From NCBI GenBank assembly GCA_965204755.1, contig OZ242011.1, positions 2,816,001-2,880,000 on the forward strand: 64,000 nucleotides of DNA. The letters run 5' to 3'. Made by a program: the position numbers and the translations under genes. Position 1 is the stretch's first letter. Every line of letters begins with the position of its first letter. Below, piece by piece: positions 9,376-17,931 of this stretch. The notes beneath the pieces were generated by a model. The model searched no databases and was not told the origin of the DNA. It saw nothing but the letters and a program-made list of their open reading frames with translations. The stretch comes from Candidatus Marinacidobacterium sp. (GTDB lineage Bacteria; Acidobacteriota; Vicinamibacteria; Marinacidobacterales; Marinacidobacteraceae).

Positions 9376-9484
9376 GGCGCACGGTGGGGCCCCCAATCCA
9401 AGCAGCGCTTGGCAACCCCACATAGCGCTCAGTCCCATCGGGATCCGGCTACGGCATGGGGAATAACACCGTGTCGCGTACGCC
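9376..9484 (-). ncRNA. Structured pseudoknotted RNA, copy 5 (most diverged)
   Basis: Hairpin replaced by CCAAGC-AGC-GCTTGG; pseudoknot CCCCA/TGGGG; conserved GTGGGG/CCCCAC, GCTACGG and ACCGTGTC; -10 TACGAT at 9492-9497 (-). Confidence 0.72.
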
Positions 9485-9665
9485 GCCCGGAATCGTAGCC
9501 GCCCTTCGAGGACGGCGCGTCGCATCGGAACCGTGGCTCTCGCCGAAGACTTGGGGAGGGGCGTAGCGGGCAGGCCGGTCCCGACCTGCCGGTACTGAGC
9601 CCGGGTGAGAACTAGGCTGCCATCGGCGTGGCGCTCGACCGCCGCCCCGCGGGCTGGCCGGCCGC

Positions 9666-10124
9666 CTACTCGTCGCTGCCGCGGGTCAACTCGGCGTCGC
9701 GCACCGACAGACGCGGCCACGCCCGAATCTCCCGGAACGCGTCGCCGTCCACGGCGACGATCGGCGGGACCGCCGGGTACATCTCCTCCCCTACGAAGGC
9801 GGCCAGGGCGACGAAGGCGTCCACGCCGCGGGTGATGAGGGCGGCGGGGGCGGTGCCGCGGCGGATCGCTTCGAGCAGCACCGCCGCCGTCGTCGAAGAT
9901 CCGCGGGTGGCGGGCAGCGCCAGGACCCGGCCGGCGCCGTTCTTCCCGGCGAGCGGGTGGTGGGGGTCGGTGATGCGGCCGTTCGCCGCGTCGTAACCGC
10001 CCCAGAAACTGAGCGGTTCGTCCGAATGGAGGACCGGCCCCTCCGCTTCCCCGGCGATCACGACCCGTCCGACCAGCCGCGAAGCGGGCGGCGATTCGCC
10101 GGTCGCCCCCGTCTTCAGTCCCAC
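9666..10124 (-). CDS. Aconitase X swiveling (small) subunit, DUF126
   Basis: GEAEGPVLHSDEPLSFWGGYD...G.I.D.HHPL.G...GRVL..P..RGSST; GTG start overlaps the upstream gene end. Confidence 0.88.
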   Translation of the reverse strand: MGLKTGATGESPPASRLVGRVVIAGEAEGPVLHSDEPLSFWGGYDAANGRITDPHHPLAGKNGAGRVLALPATRGSSTTAAVLLEAIRRGTAPAALITRGVDAFVALAAFVGEEMYPAVPPIVAVDGDAFREIRAWPRLSVRDAELTRGSDE

Positions 10125-11410
10125 GGCGACGGCTCCCGAACCACGCGTCCGGCGCGCGCGGAAGCGACGCACTCGCCGAGGCTGCCGAAGGCGACTTCGG
10201 CGTCCAGCAGGCCGGGTGCGTACCACGCGTACTTCGCCGAGTTCGTCATGAGCCGGCGCGCGCCCGCCGGCAGCATCGGCGTGGCCAGGATGCAGGTGTC
10301 CACCGTCACCTGGCCGCCGAAGGCCCGCAGCGGGTCCAGCAACCCGGCGCGCTCCACCAGCGCGGCGACGCCGCGGCTGGTCGTCACGAGGAACCGGCAG
10401 CCCGGGTGGCGTTCGCCCCCCCGCGCGCGGATCTCCGCCGCCAACTTCTCGAACTCGCCGAAGGAGAAGTGGGGGCTGCCGAGCACCACGAGGTCCAACT
10501 CGCCTTCGGCGCGGCGGTTCAACTCGGCTCTCGCGGCGCGGAGTTCCGCCATACCCACCTTCCGCGCCTCCTTCGGCGGACGCCCGCCGAGCGCGTCCCG
10601 CAGCGTCGGCGCCTCCGGTGTTACGCCGGGCAGGTGGAAGAGCGCCACCGCTCCCGAAGAAGCCGCCGCCGCTCCCAGCGCCTTCAGTCGATCTTCTCCC
10701 GGCGTCCCCGGTATCCCGACGATGGCCGCCGGTTCGTCCCCCGCCCACGGGCCGAGCAGGTGCCCGAGCACGGGGTGGAAGTCGTCGGTCTCCGCGAGCG
10801 CCTCCGGAACGCCCGAGAGTTCCAGCACCCGCGTCGCGAGCCGGTTTTCTTCCAGGTGGAGTCCCACCGCGGGAGCGCGCCCGGTGATCGCGCAGCACAC
10901 ATCGAGCAGGTCGGGATAGCGCTCGGTGCGCGCGCCGAGCACCGAGTTCGCGAAGACCACGGCGTTCGACTCGCCCCAGGCGATCTGCTGCCCGAACTTC
11001 GGCGCGTGCTCGGTTTGGTACGGGGCGCAGGTCCAGGTGGGAATCGTCCCCATCGAGTCGTAGGCGCGCATCTGCCGCGCCGACTTCTCCGCCCATTCCG
11101 CCGGCACCGCCCATTCCCGCCAGTGGAACTCGTCGAGCCCGCTCACATTCAGCGTCGAGGGCACCCGGACCTTGGCGCCGAGTCCGGCGAGGCGCTCGGC
11201 GAACTCCAATCCGGCGTCGCCCACATAGATCGTGCTGTCGATGTGCGCGCTCTCGATGTCGAGCAGGGTATCGGCGCCCCGCGCCTCCGCCATCCGCGCC
11301 ACGATGCGCATCGCGAGGCGCGCCGCTTCCCCCTCCTCCCCGGCCAGCAGCGAACGGTCGCGCTCGTCGAGGCGCAAACTCCCGGCGCTCCCGGACTCCG
11401 GCCCGGTCAT
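10115..11410 (-). CDS. Aconitase X catalytic (large) subunit, DUF521
   Basis: AHID, TWTCAPY, AWGESNAVVFANSVLGART, GSPH, DTC, TNSAKYA.Y motifs. Confidence 0.92.
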   Translation of the reverse strand: MTGPESGSAGSLRLDERDRSLLAGEEGEAARLAMRIVARMAEARGADTLLDIESAHIDSTIYVGDAGLEFAERLAGLGAKVRVPSTLNVSGLDEFHWREWAVPAEWAEKSARQMRAYDSMGTIPTWTCAPYQTEHAPKFGQQIAWGESNAVVFANSVLGARTERYPDLLDVCCAITGRAPAVGLHLEENRLATRVLELSGVPEALAETDDFHPVLGHLLGPWAGDEPAAIVGIPGTPGEDRLKALGAAAASSGAVALFHLPGVTPEAPTLRDALGGRPPKEARKVGMAELRAARAELNRRAEGELDLVVLGSPHFSFGEFEKLAAEIRARGGERHPGCRFLVTTSRGVAALVERAGLLDPLRAFGGQVTVDTCILATPMLPAGARRLMTNSAKYAWYAPGLLDAEVAFGSLGECVASARAGRVVREPSPWD

Positions 11411-11477
11411 CGGCCTTCGTCAGCCGCTTCCGCCCGAACCCGCGCTCCGCCCGCGGCGCCGCTCCGCGCCCCGGCCG

Positions 11478-12947
11478 TCAGCGGCCGTTCTTCGAGTCGG
11501 CGACGGCGCGCTTCCAGACGAACCGGTTGATCGCGATGCAGAAGAGGATGAGCAGGCCCGCCTGGAACAGCACCGCCCCGATGCTGAACTCGCCGAGCGG
11601 ATCCCACCACCGGCTGCCGGCGGTCGTAACCGACTGCCACAGCCACCACCCGAGGAGCGCGGTGAACTCGATCGGCACCACCCAGGTGATGATCCAGTCG
11701 AACCACTTGCCGACGCGCAGGCGCTGTTCGGAACCGTTGAAGTGTTCTTCCCGGAACTTCCGGGCGCCGCGGTGGATCACCGTGATCGCCACGAAGAGAC
11801 CGGAGACCAGCAGCGCCACTCCCCAGGCCCAGTCCTGGTTGCGGAAGAAGCCGAGCGACCACGCGGAGGGAAGCCCGAAGACGAACGCCACCGAAGCCAC
11901 CATGGGCACCGATCGCCGGCGGGAGACGCCGAGGTCCATGACCATCCGGTTCGCCAGTTCCAACTGGGTGATGAGCGAACTGATCGCCGCGCAGGAAAGG
12001 GTGAGGAAGAACAGCGGCAGGAAGACCGCGCTGCCCGGGATCTGCTCGAACAGCGGCGGCAGCCAGAGGAAGGTCAATCCCTCGTTGCTCTGCGAGAACG
12101 CCGCGGCGCGGTCGGCGTCGGAAGCGCTGAGCGCGAAGACCGTGCAGAGCACCGCCACCCCGGCGAGGAGCGAAGCGAAGTTGTTGGCGAACGCCGCGGT
12201 GATCCCGGTGCGCACGAAACCCTGTCCCCTCGCGACATAGGCCCCGAGCACGGTCACGAGACCCCAGCCGGCGCCGGTGCTCCACGCCGTCTGCGTGAGC
12301 GCCGCCAGCCAGATCCGGTAGTCGCCCAGCCGCTCCCAGTCGGGAACGAACAGGAAGCGGAGCCCCTCCGCCGCGCCCGGCAGCCGGACCGCGTTCACCG
12401 CGGCGATCACCAGCAGGACGAAGAGCGTGGGTATGAGGTACCGGTTGACCCGCTCGATACCCCCGCGCACCCCGCGCCAGATGATGCCGCTGGCGATGAG
12501 CAGCGCCAGCGCGTGGAACACCACCGGCTGCACCGGGTCGGAAGTGAAGTCGTCCCAGAACGCCTGGGCGTTCTGCGTGTCGAGCGACCCCAGCAGGGTG
12601 CTGACCAGGTACTTGAGGCACCAGCCGGTCACCACGCTGTAGTAGAAGGTGATGATCGTGGTAACCAGGCCGATGAACAGCCCCATCCAGTTCAGTCCGC
12701 CGGTCGTGGCCACGCCGACCGCCGCCGACGGCCCGCGCCGCGAACTCTTCCCCAGCGCGAACTCCGCGAGGAGCAGGGGTATCGCCCAGAGGAACAGGAA
12801 CAGCAGCCACGGGATCAGGAACTCGCCGCCGCCGTTCTGCGCCGCGATGCGGGGGAAACGCCAGATGTTTCCCGTGCCCACCGCCATGCCGACGGTGGCG
12901 AAGAGGACGCCGACCCGCGAACTGAACCGTTCCGTGGTCGGGGCCAT
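11478..12947 (-). CDS. Sodium-dependent transporter, NSS/SNF family
   Basis: GMAVGTGNIWRFP...NGGG.FLIP signature; many TM helices. Confidence 0.93.
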   Translation of the reverse strand: MAPTTERFSSRVGVLFATVGMAVGTGNIWRFPRIAAQNGGGEFLIPWLLFLFLWAIPLLLAEFALGKSSRRGPSAAVGVATTGGLNWMGLFIGLVTTIITFYYSVVTGWCLKYLVSTLLGSLDTQNAQAFWDDFTSDPVQPVVFHALALLIASGIIWRGVRGGIERVNRYLIPTLFVLLVIAAVNAVRLPGAAEGLRFLFVPDWERLGDYRIWLAALTQTAWSTGAGWGLVTVLGAYVARGQGFVRTGITAAFANNFASLLAGVAVLCTVFALSASDADRAAAFSQSNEGLTFLWLPPLFEQIPGSAVFLPLFFLTLSCAAISSLITQLELANRMVMDLGVSRRRSVPMVASVAFVFGLPSAWSLGFFRNQDWAWGVALLVSGLFVAITVIHRGARKFREEHFNGSEQRLRVGKWFDWIITWVVPIEFTALLGWWLWQSVTTAGSRWWDPLGEFSIGAVLFQAGLLILFCIAINRFVWKRAVADSKNGR

Positions 12948-12977
12948 CGAAGTGGTTCGCGGGACCGGGAGCGGCGC

Positions 12978-13961
12978 TCAGGCGGAGTCCTGCAGCCGGA
13001 TCGTTCGGCCGAGGCCCCGCGCCACCGCCTGTTCGTACACGAAGGCGGCGCAGGCCACATCCTCGATCGCGACGCCGACGGACTTGAACAGCGTGATGTC
13101 CCCGTCCGATTCGCGTCCGGGCGTCTTGCCGGCGACCACTTCGCCGAGTTCGGCGTGGATCCGGGACTCCTCGAAGGCGCCGCCCCGGACCGCCGCCATC
13201 AGGTCGCCGGCTTCGCCGAGCACCTGCTCCCGGAAGTCGAGCACCACCCGGCACTTCCCGAAGGCCGCGGCTTCCACTTCGCGCTTCACCGGGGCGTTCG
13301 CGCCCACCGAGTTCACATGCATCCCCGGCTCGAGGCAGTCCGCGAGGACGACCGGCGCCTTCGTGGTCGTCGCCGCGCAGACGATGTCCGAACCGCGAAC
13401 CGCTTCTTCGGCGGTCCCCACGGCTTCGGCGGCCACGCCCTCCTCGCGGAGCGCCGCCGCACAGGCCTCCGCCGCCTCGGGGACGGCGTCGTGGATCCGC
13501 GCGGAGCGGATGTCCCGGACTTCCCGGACCGCCGCGACCTGGTTCCGCCCCTGGAAGCCGGCCCCGATCAAGCCGAGGCTCGACGCGTCTTCCCGCGCCA
13601 GGTACCGGGTCGCCACGCCGCTCGCCGCGCCGGTGCGCGTGCCGGTGATGTGCGTCCCGGGCATGACCGCCCGGAGCGCCCCGGTCTCCGTATCGAAGTA
13701 GAGGACCGCGAAGTAGGTGTCCTCCGGGGCGCGCTTTCCCGGGGTGCCGGTGAGCGTCTTCAGGCCGAACCCGCCCAGGTCGGGGATCACCGCCGCCATG
13801 ATGCGGAAGTTCCCGGCGACGCCGGAGAGCGGCATCACCAGCCGGGGCGCGAGTTGCGTCCGCCCCTCGGCGTGGAGCCGGAAGGACTCGTCGAGCAGCC
13901 GGACCGCCTCGCCCATCGGGAGGAGTTCCGCCACCTCCCGCTCGGTGAGGATCAGCGCCAT
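12978..13961 (-). CDS. Ornithine cyclodeaminase/mu-crystallin family (possible pyrroline-2-carboxylate reductase)
   Basis: RTGAASGVAT, IGAGFQ, ITLFKSVGVAIED. Confidence 0.9.
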   Translation of the reverse strand: MALILTEREVAELLPMGEAVRLLDESFRLHAEGRTQLAPRLVMPLSGVAGNFRIMAAVIPDLGGFGLKTLTGTPGKRAPEDTYFAVLYFDTETGALRAVMPGTHITGTRTGAASGVATRYLAREDASSLGLIGAGFQGRNQVAAVREVRDIRSARIHDAVPEAAEACAAALREEGVAAEAVGTAEEAVRGSDIVCAATTTKAPVVLADCLEPGMHVNSVGANAPVKREVEAAAFGKCRVVLDFREQVLGEAGDLMAAVRGGAFEESRIHAELGEVVAGKTPGRESDGDITLFKSVGVAIEDVACAAFVYEQAVARGLGRTIRLQDSA

Positions 13962-14019
13962 CGGCGGCGGAGTGTACGGCCTGCCGGTTCGGGCGGCCGG
14001 GCGGCGCCGCCGGTTCCGG

Positions 14020-14925
14020 TCAGCCCCGGGCGAACACCGCCCGCATCACATGGCCCGCGATGTCCGGGTTCTTGCGCAGCCGCCGGAGCGAGTAGGGGAG
14101 CCACTCGGGGCCGAACGGCACGCCGATCCGCACCGGGTGCCCGGCGTCCTTCACGATCTCCCTCAGGCGCGGCCGGACGCCGTGGAGCATCTGGAACTCG
14201 TAGTCGTCCGGCCCGAGGCGGAGCCGCTCGACCAGCCGGCACGCGTGGTAGATGACCCACTCGTCGTGGGTGGCGATCCCCACCCGGCACCCGGCTTCGA
14301 GCAACTCGCCGAGCAGGGTCAGGAAGTTGTCGCGGATGAGTTCCGGGTCGGTGAAGGCGAGTTCGTGGGGTTCGAGATAGACGCCCTTGCAGAGGCGCAC
14401 CGGGGTCCGGTGGGGCGCGATCTCGCGCACATCCTCGAGGCTGCGGCGCATCCGCGCCTGGATCACCACGCCGAGTTCCTTCGGCCACTCGGCGCGGAGC
14501 CCCCGGTAGAGGCTCAGCGTGGGCTCGATCCGGGGGCTGTCCTCCATGTCCATCCGCACGAAGACGCCGCCCCGGTCGCGGGCGCGCTCCAGCAGACCCA
14601 CCACCAGCCGGCGGCAGAGGTCGGGGTCGAAGGTGATCCCCAACTGGGTGGTCTTCACATGGATGTAGGCGGGCAGCGCGGCGCGCTCGACCTCGTCGAG
14701 GACTTCCCGATAGACGCGGGCCGCCTCCTCCGCCTGCTCCCGGGCGGTCACGAACTCGCCCAACTGGCTGAGCGCCAGGCGGTACCCCTGCCGGGCCAGG
14801 CCGCCGCCCACCGCCACGAGGTCGGCGACCGTCTTGCCGGCGATGTAGGGGCGGGCGAACGGGCGGATCGCGGCCTTCGGCAGCAGCGGCAGCGCGGCGG
14901 CCACCGCCCGGTTCAGGAATCTCAC
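14020..14925 (-). CDS. Monofunctional proline dehydrogenase
   Basis: VRMDMED, VRLCKGVY.E, IATHD, EFQMLHGV, YSLRRL. Confidence 0.9.
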   Translation of the reverse strand: MRFLNRAVAAALPLLPKAAIRPFARPYIAGKTVADLVAVGGGLARQGYRLALSQLGEFVTAREQAEEAARVYREVLDEVERAALPAYIHVKTTQLGITFDPDLCRRLVVGLLERARDRGGVFVRMDMEDSPRIEPTLSLYRGLRAEWPKELGVVIQARMRRSLEDVREIAPHRTPVRLCKGVYLEPHELAFTDPELIRDNFLTLLGELLEAGCRVGIATHDEWVIYHACRLVERLRLGPDDYEFQMLHGVRPRLREIVKDAGHPVRIGVPFGPEWLPYSLRRLRKNPDIAGHVMRAVFARG

Positions 14926-14985
14926 GGCGGGGAGCCGGGAGGGCGGCCGGCCGCCCCGCGCAGGAAGGGGCCCACGCCCGGCGGC

Positions 14986-15879
14986 CTACAGGTCGAAGTG
15001 GGCGAGGATGCGGTCGAGCGCTTCCCGGGTGGGGCCGTCGAGCGCCGCCGTCGGCGCCCGCGCCCCGGGGTGCGCGACGGCGCCGCGCCGCTTCAGCATC
15101 TCCTTGCGGATCGCCATGCCGATGCCCTCCTGGAACTCGAACCGCATCACCGGCGAGCAGCGGTAGAACGCCTCGGCCGCCCCGTCCCGGTCGCCGCGGT
15201 CCCAGCGGGAGACCACCTCGACCAGCAGTTTCGGGTAGGCGAACCCGGTCATCGCGCCGGTGGCGCCGGAGATCAGTTCCTCGAGCAGGTAGGCCCCGCC
15301 GAGGCCCCCGAAGATGCCGACTTCGATCCCCTCGGTCCGCTCCCGGATCCGCGCCGCCTTGTAGGGGGTGGGGGCGTCTTCGAGTTTGATCGTCCGCGCC
15401 GCCGGGATCTCCCGGCACATCCGGGCGAGCAGGTCGGCGTCCATGTGGAAGCCGGAGATCGGCGGGAAGTCCTGGACGACCACCGGGATGGAGATCGCTT
15501 CGGCCACGGCGGCGAAGTGGCGGAAGACGGAGTCGGCGTTGCAGCGGGGGGCGCGGGGCGGGGAGACCATGACCCCGGCGGCGCCGGCGCGTTCGGCGTC
15601 GCGGCATCTCTCGAGGCAGAGGTCGAGGCCCGCGCCGGTCGCGCCGACGACCACCGGGAGGCCGACGCTCCCGGCGTGGGCGAGCGAGGCCTCGAGGACT
15701 TCGGCCCGCTCCCGGTCGGAGAGCCGGTCCGCCTCGCTGGTGACGCCCAGGGCGGTGAACCCGGAGACGCCGTCGTCGGCGAACAGCCGGACCACCCGGC
15801 CGAGGCTTTCCGAATCGAAACGACCGTCCTCGCCGAAGGGGGTCGGCAGGACGGAATAGACGCCGCTCAGGGTGCTCAT
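14986..15879 (-). CDS. Dihydrodipicolinate synthase family (class I aldolase/deaminase)
   Basis: PTPF..DG..D, LGVTSEA, IKLED Schiff-base Lys, GAMTGF; alternative start at 15900. Confidence 0.88.
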   Translation of the reverse strand: MSTLSGVYSVLPTPFGEDGRFDSESLGRVVRLFADDGVSGFTALGVTSEADRLSDRERAEVLEASLAHAGSVGLPVVVGATGAGLDLCLERCRDAERAGAAGVMVSPPRAPRCNADSVFRHFAAVAEAISIPVVVQDFPPISGFHMDADLLARMCREIPAARTIKLEDAPTPYKAARIRERTEGIEVGIFGGLGGAYLLEELISGATGAMTGFAYPKLLVEVVSRWDRGDRDGAAEAFYRCSPVMRFEFQEGIGMAIRKEMLKRRGAVAHPGARAPTAALDGPTREALDRILAHFDL

Positions 15880-15957
15880 GGGAATCGCTGATTCTTCCAT
15901 ACCCGAGGGCGGTTCCCGACGAGGGGATCCGCCCCCGTCTCTGGTACAAACCGGCGG

Positions 15958-16962
15958 ATGAAGATCCGCATCCTCTCCGCCGCCGACGCGCGGCGGGCCA
16001 TGCCGATGATCGAGGCCATCCGGGTGGTCCGGCAGGCGTTCGTCGAACTCTCCGCCGGACGGGCGGCCATGCCGATCCGCACCCGGGTGGATGTGCCGTC
16101 CCGGTCGGGGACCGGCCTCCCCGGGATCAGCCTCCACATGCCGGCCTTCCTCGAAGGGGAGCGCCGGCTGGCCACCAAGATCGTCTCCATCTTCCCGGGG
16201 AACCTCTCGCGCGAGTCGCCGCTCCCCACGATCCACGCGGTCGTGGTCGTGGTGGACCCGGACACCGGGGAACCGGCCGGCCTCCTCGAAGGCGGGTCGC
16301 TGACGGCGATCCGCACCGGGGCCGCCTCCGGGGCGGCGACCGCCGAACTCGCCGGCGAGGGCGTGACGACCGCCGGCGTCCTCGGGGCCGGCGTCCAGGC
16401 GCGGACGCAACTCGAAGCGATGGTCGCCGCCCGCCCCGGCATCGAGCGGGCGTCGGTGTACGACCCGCGGCGGGAAGCCGCCGAGTCCTTCGCCGCCGAG
16501 ATGACCGAGCGCCTGGGTCTCCCGGTGGAGACCGCGGAGGACGCCGACTCGGTGGTGGCCGCCTCGGAGGTGATCGCCGAGGCGACGACGGCTTCGACGC
16601 CGATCTTCTCCGACGCCGCGCTGCGGGACGACGCCCACCTGAACGCGGTCGGCTCCTTCACGCCGGAGATGCAGATCCTCCCGGAGGCGACCGTCGTCCG
16701 CTCGGCGGTCGTCGTGGACCACCGCGAGTCCTGCTGGGAGGAAGCGGGGGACCTCATCCAGCCCCGCGACCGGGGAGCGATCACCGAGTCGCACCTCTAC
16801 GCCGAATTCGGCGAGATCGCCTCCGGCCGGATCCCCAAGCCCCCGCCGGGGCGGCCCACGCTGTTCAAGACCGTCGGGACCGCCGTCCAGGACGCCGCCG
16901 TCGGCGCCGCCGCGCTCACCCGCGCCGCCGAACTCGGGCTGGGAGTGGTGGTGGACCTCTGA
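15958..16962 (+). CDS. Ornithine cyclodeaminase/mu-crystallin family
   Basis: LTAIRTGAASG, LGAGVQA, LFKTVGTAVQD. Confidence 0.9.
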   Translation: MKIRILSAADARRAMPMIEAIRVVRQAFVELSAGRAAMPIRTRVDVPSRSGTGLPGISLHMPAFLEGERRLATKIVSIFPGNLSRESPLPTIHAVVVVVDPDTGEPAGLLEGGSLTAIRTGAASGAATAELAGEGVTTAGVLGAGVQARTQLEAMVAARPGIERASVYDPRREAAESFAAEMTERLGLPVETAEDADSVVAASEVIAEATTASTPIFSDAALRDDAHLNAVGSFTPEMQILPEATVVRSAVVVDHRESCWEEAGDLIQPRDRGAITESHLYAEFGEIASGRIPKPPPGRPTLFKTVGTAVQDAAVGAAALTRAAELGLGVVVDL

Positions 16963-16984
16963 GCGGGGGCCTCCGCGCTCCCGC

Positions 16985-17878
16985 TCAGGGGTTCCGCCGC
17001 ACCGGGTTCTCCAGGCGGCCGATCCCCCGGATTTCCGCGCCCACGGTGTCGCCGTCCTCGACGACGACCGCGCCCGGCGTGCCGGTGAGGAGGAGGTCGC
17101 CGGCGCTCCAGGTGGCGTCCCGGGAGAAGAAGGCGAGGAGGTAGTCCGGGGAGAAGGTCATCCGGGAGACCGGGGCGCTTCGCGCCGAGGCGCCGTTCTT
17201 GAGCGTGTGGGTGACCACTTCCGGCAGGGCCTCGGCGCCGCCGAGTTCGTCGGGGGTCGCGAGGCAGGGGCCGAGGCTCAGGAAGGTGTCGAAACTCTTC
17301 GCCCGGGTGAGGAACCGGGGGTTCTCCCGCAGGATGTCCTCCGCGGTCAGGTCCACCGCCAGCGTGAGCGCGGCGACCGCGCCGTAGGCCTCCTCTTCGG
17401 TCCAGTCCCGGCCGCTCCGGCCGAGCACGAGGACGAGTTCGCCTTCGCCGGTGACGCGGGCCGAGTCGCGCGGCAGGAACACGGTGTCGCCGGGGCCGAT
17501 CATCGAGGCGGTCGGGCGCATGAACCCCACCGGGGCGCTCGGGGGCGGGGCGTCGAGTTCGGCGGCGTGGGTGAGGTAGTTCAGGCCGGCGCACCAGATC
17601 TTGGGCGGCCTCGTCAGCGGCGCCAGGAGTTCCGCCTCGCCGAGCCGGGGCCCGTCCGCCGCCGGCCCGCCCGAGGCGACCGCTTCGGCGAGGGCCGGGA
17701 GCAGCCCCGCCTGCACCAGCGCGTCGAGGTCCCCGAACGGTTCCCCGGCCGCCCGCCCGCCCGGCGGCGCGGCGCGGTCGGCGACTTCCGGGGCGGCGTC
17801 CCGGATCGGGACCAGCCGGCCGTCCCGCTCCACGGCGGCCACGGCCGCGTCCCCGTCTCGGTATCGGTACAGGCGCAT
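16985..17878 (-). CDS. Fumarylacetoacetate hydrolase family protein
   Basis: GLNY..HA.E, EGEL, AKSFDTF..GP, GDLLLTGTP. Confidence 0.9.
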   Translation of the reverse strand: MRLYRYRDGDAAVAAVERDGRLVPIRDAAPEVADRAAPPGGRAAGEPFGDLDALVQAGLLPALAEAVASGGPAADGPRLGEAELLAPLTRPPKIWCAGLNYLTHAAELDAPPPSAPVGFMRPTASMIGPGDTVFLPRDSARVTGEGELVLVLGRSGRDWTEEEAYGAVAALTLAVDLTAEDILRENPRFLTRAKSFDTFLSLGPCLATPDELGGAEALPEVVTHTLKNGASARSAPVSRMTFSPDYLLAFFSRDATWSAGDLLLTGTPGAVVVEDGDTVGAEIRGIGRLENPVRRNP

Positions 17879-17931
17879 CCGGCGAGAATACGCGCCCGCC
17901 CGGCTGCGGCCGGCCGCGGATTCCCCTCCCG

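Larger units (their letters stand above)
8381..9497. repeat. Array of five ~108-nt repeats (starts 8381, 8774, 8970, 9170, 9376)
   Basis: Direct repeats visible by eye; period 196-206 bp for copies 2-5, 393 bp between copies 1 and 2. Confidence 0.95.

Noticed and set aside
8381-9484. Conserved GGAG-N4-ATG on the minus strand within each unit as a mini-gene start
   Set aside because: RBS spacing is too short, the site is embedded in stems, and there is no conserved downstream frame; kept only as a possible structural motif.
8381-9484. Bona fide tRNA, retron msr/msd or HDV-like ribozyme
   Set aside because: No T-loop GTTCRA, 7-nt anticodon loop or CCA; no reverse transcriptase nearby; helix order does not match the HDV nested double pseudoknot.
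8381-9497. CRISPR array interpretation of the repeats
   Set aside because: Repeats are ~108 nt and diverged with structural covariation, linkers 2-3 and 3-4 are similar to each other rather than unique spacers, and no cas genes are present.
8044-9498. ORFs spanning the RNA array (e.g. 8426-9289, 8770-9051, 9106-9498)
   Set aside because: Frames shift between copies and substitutions preserve base pairing, not amino acids.
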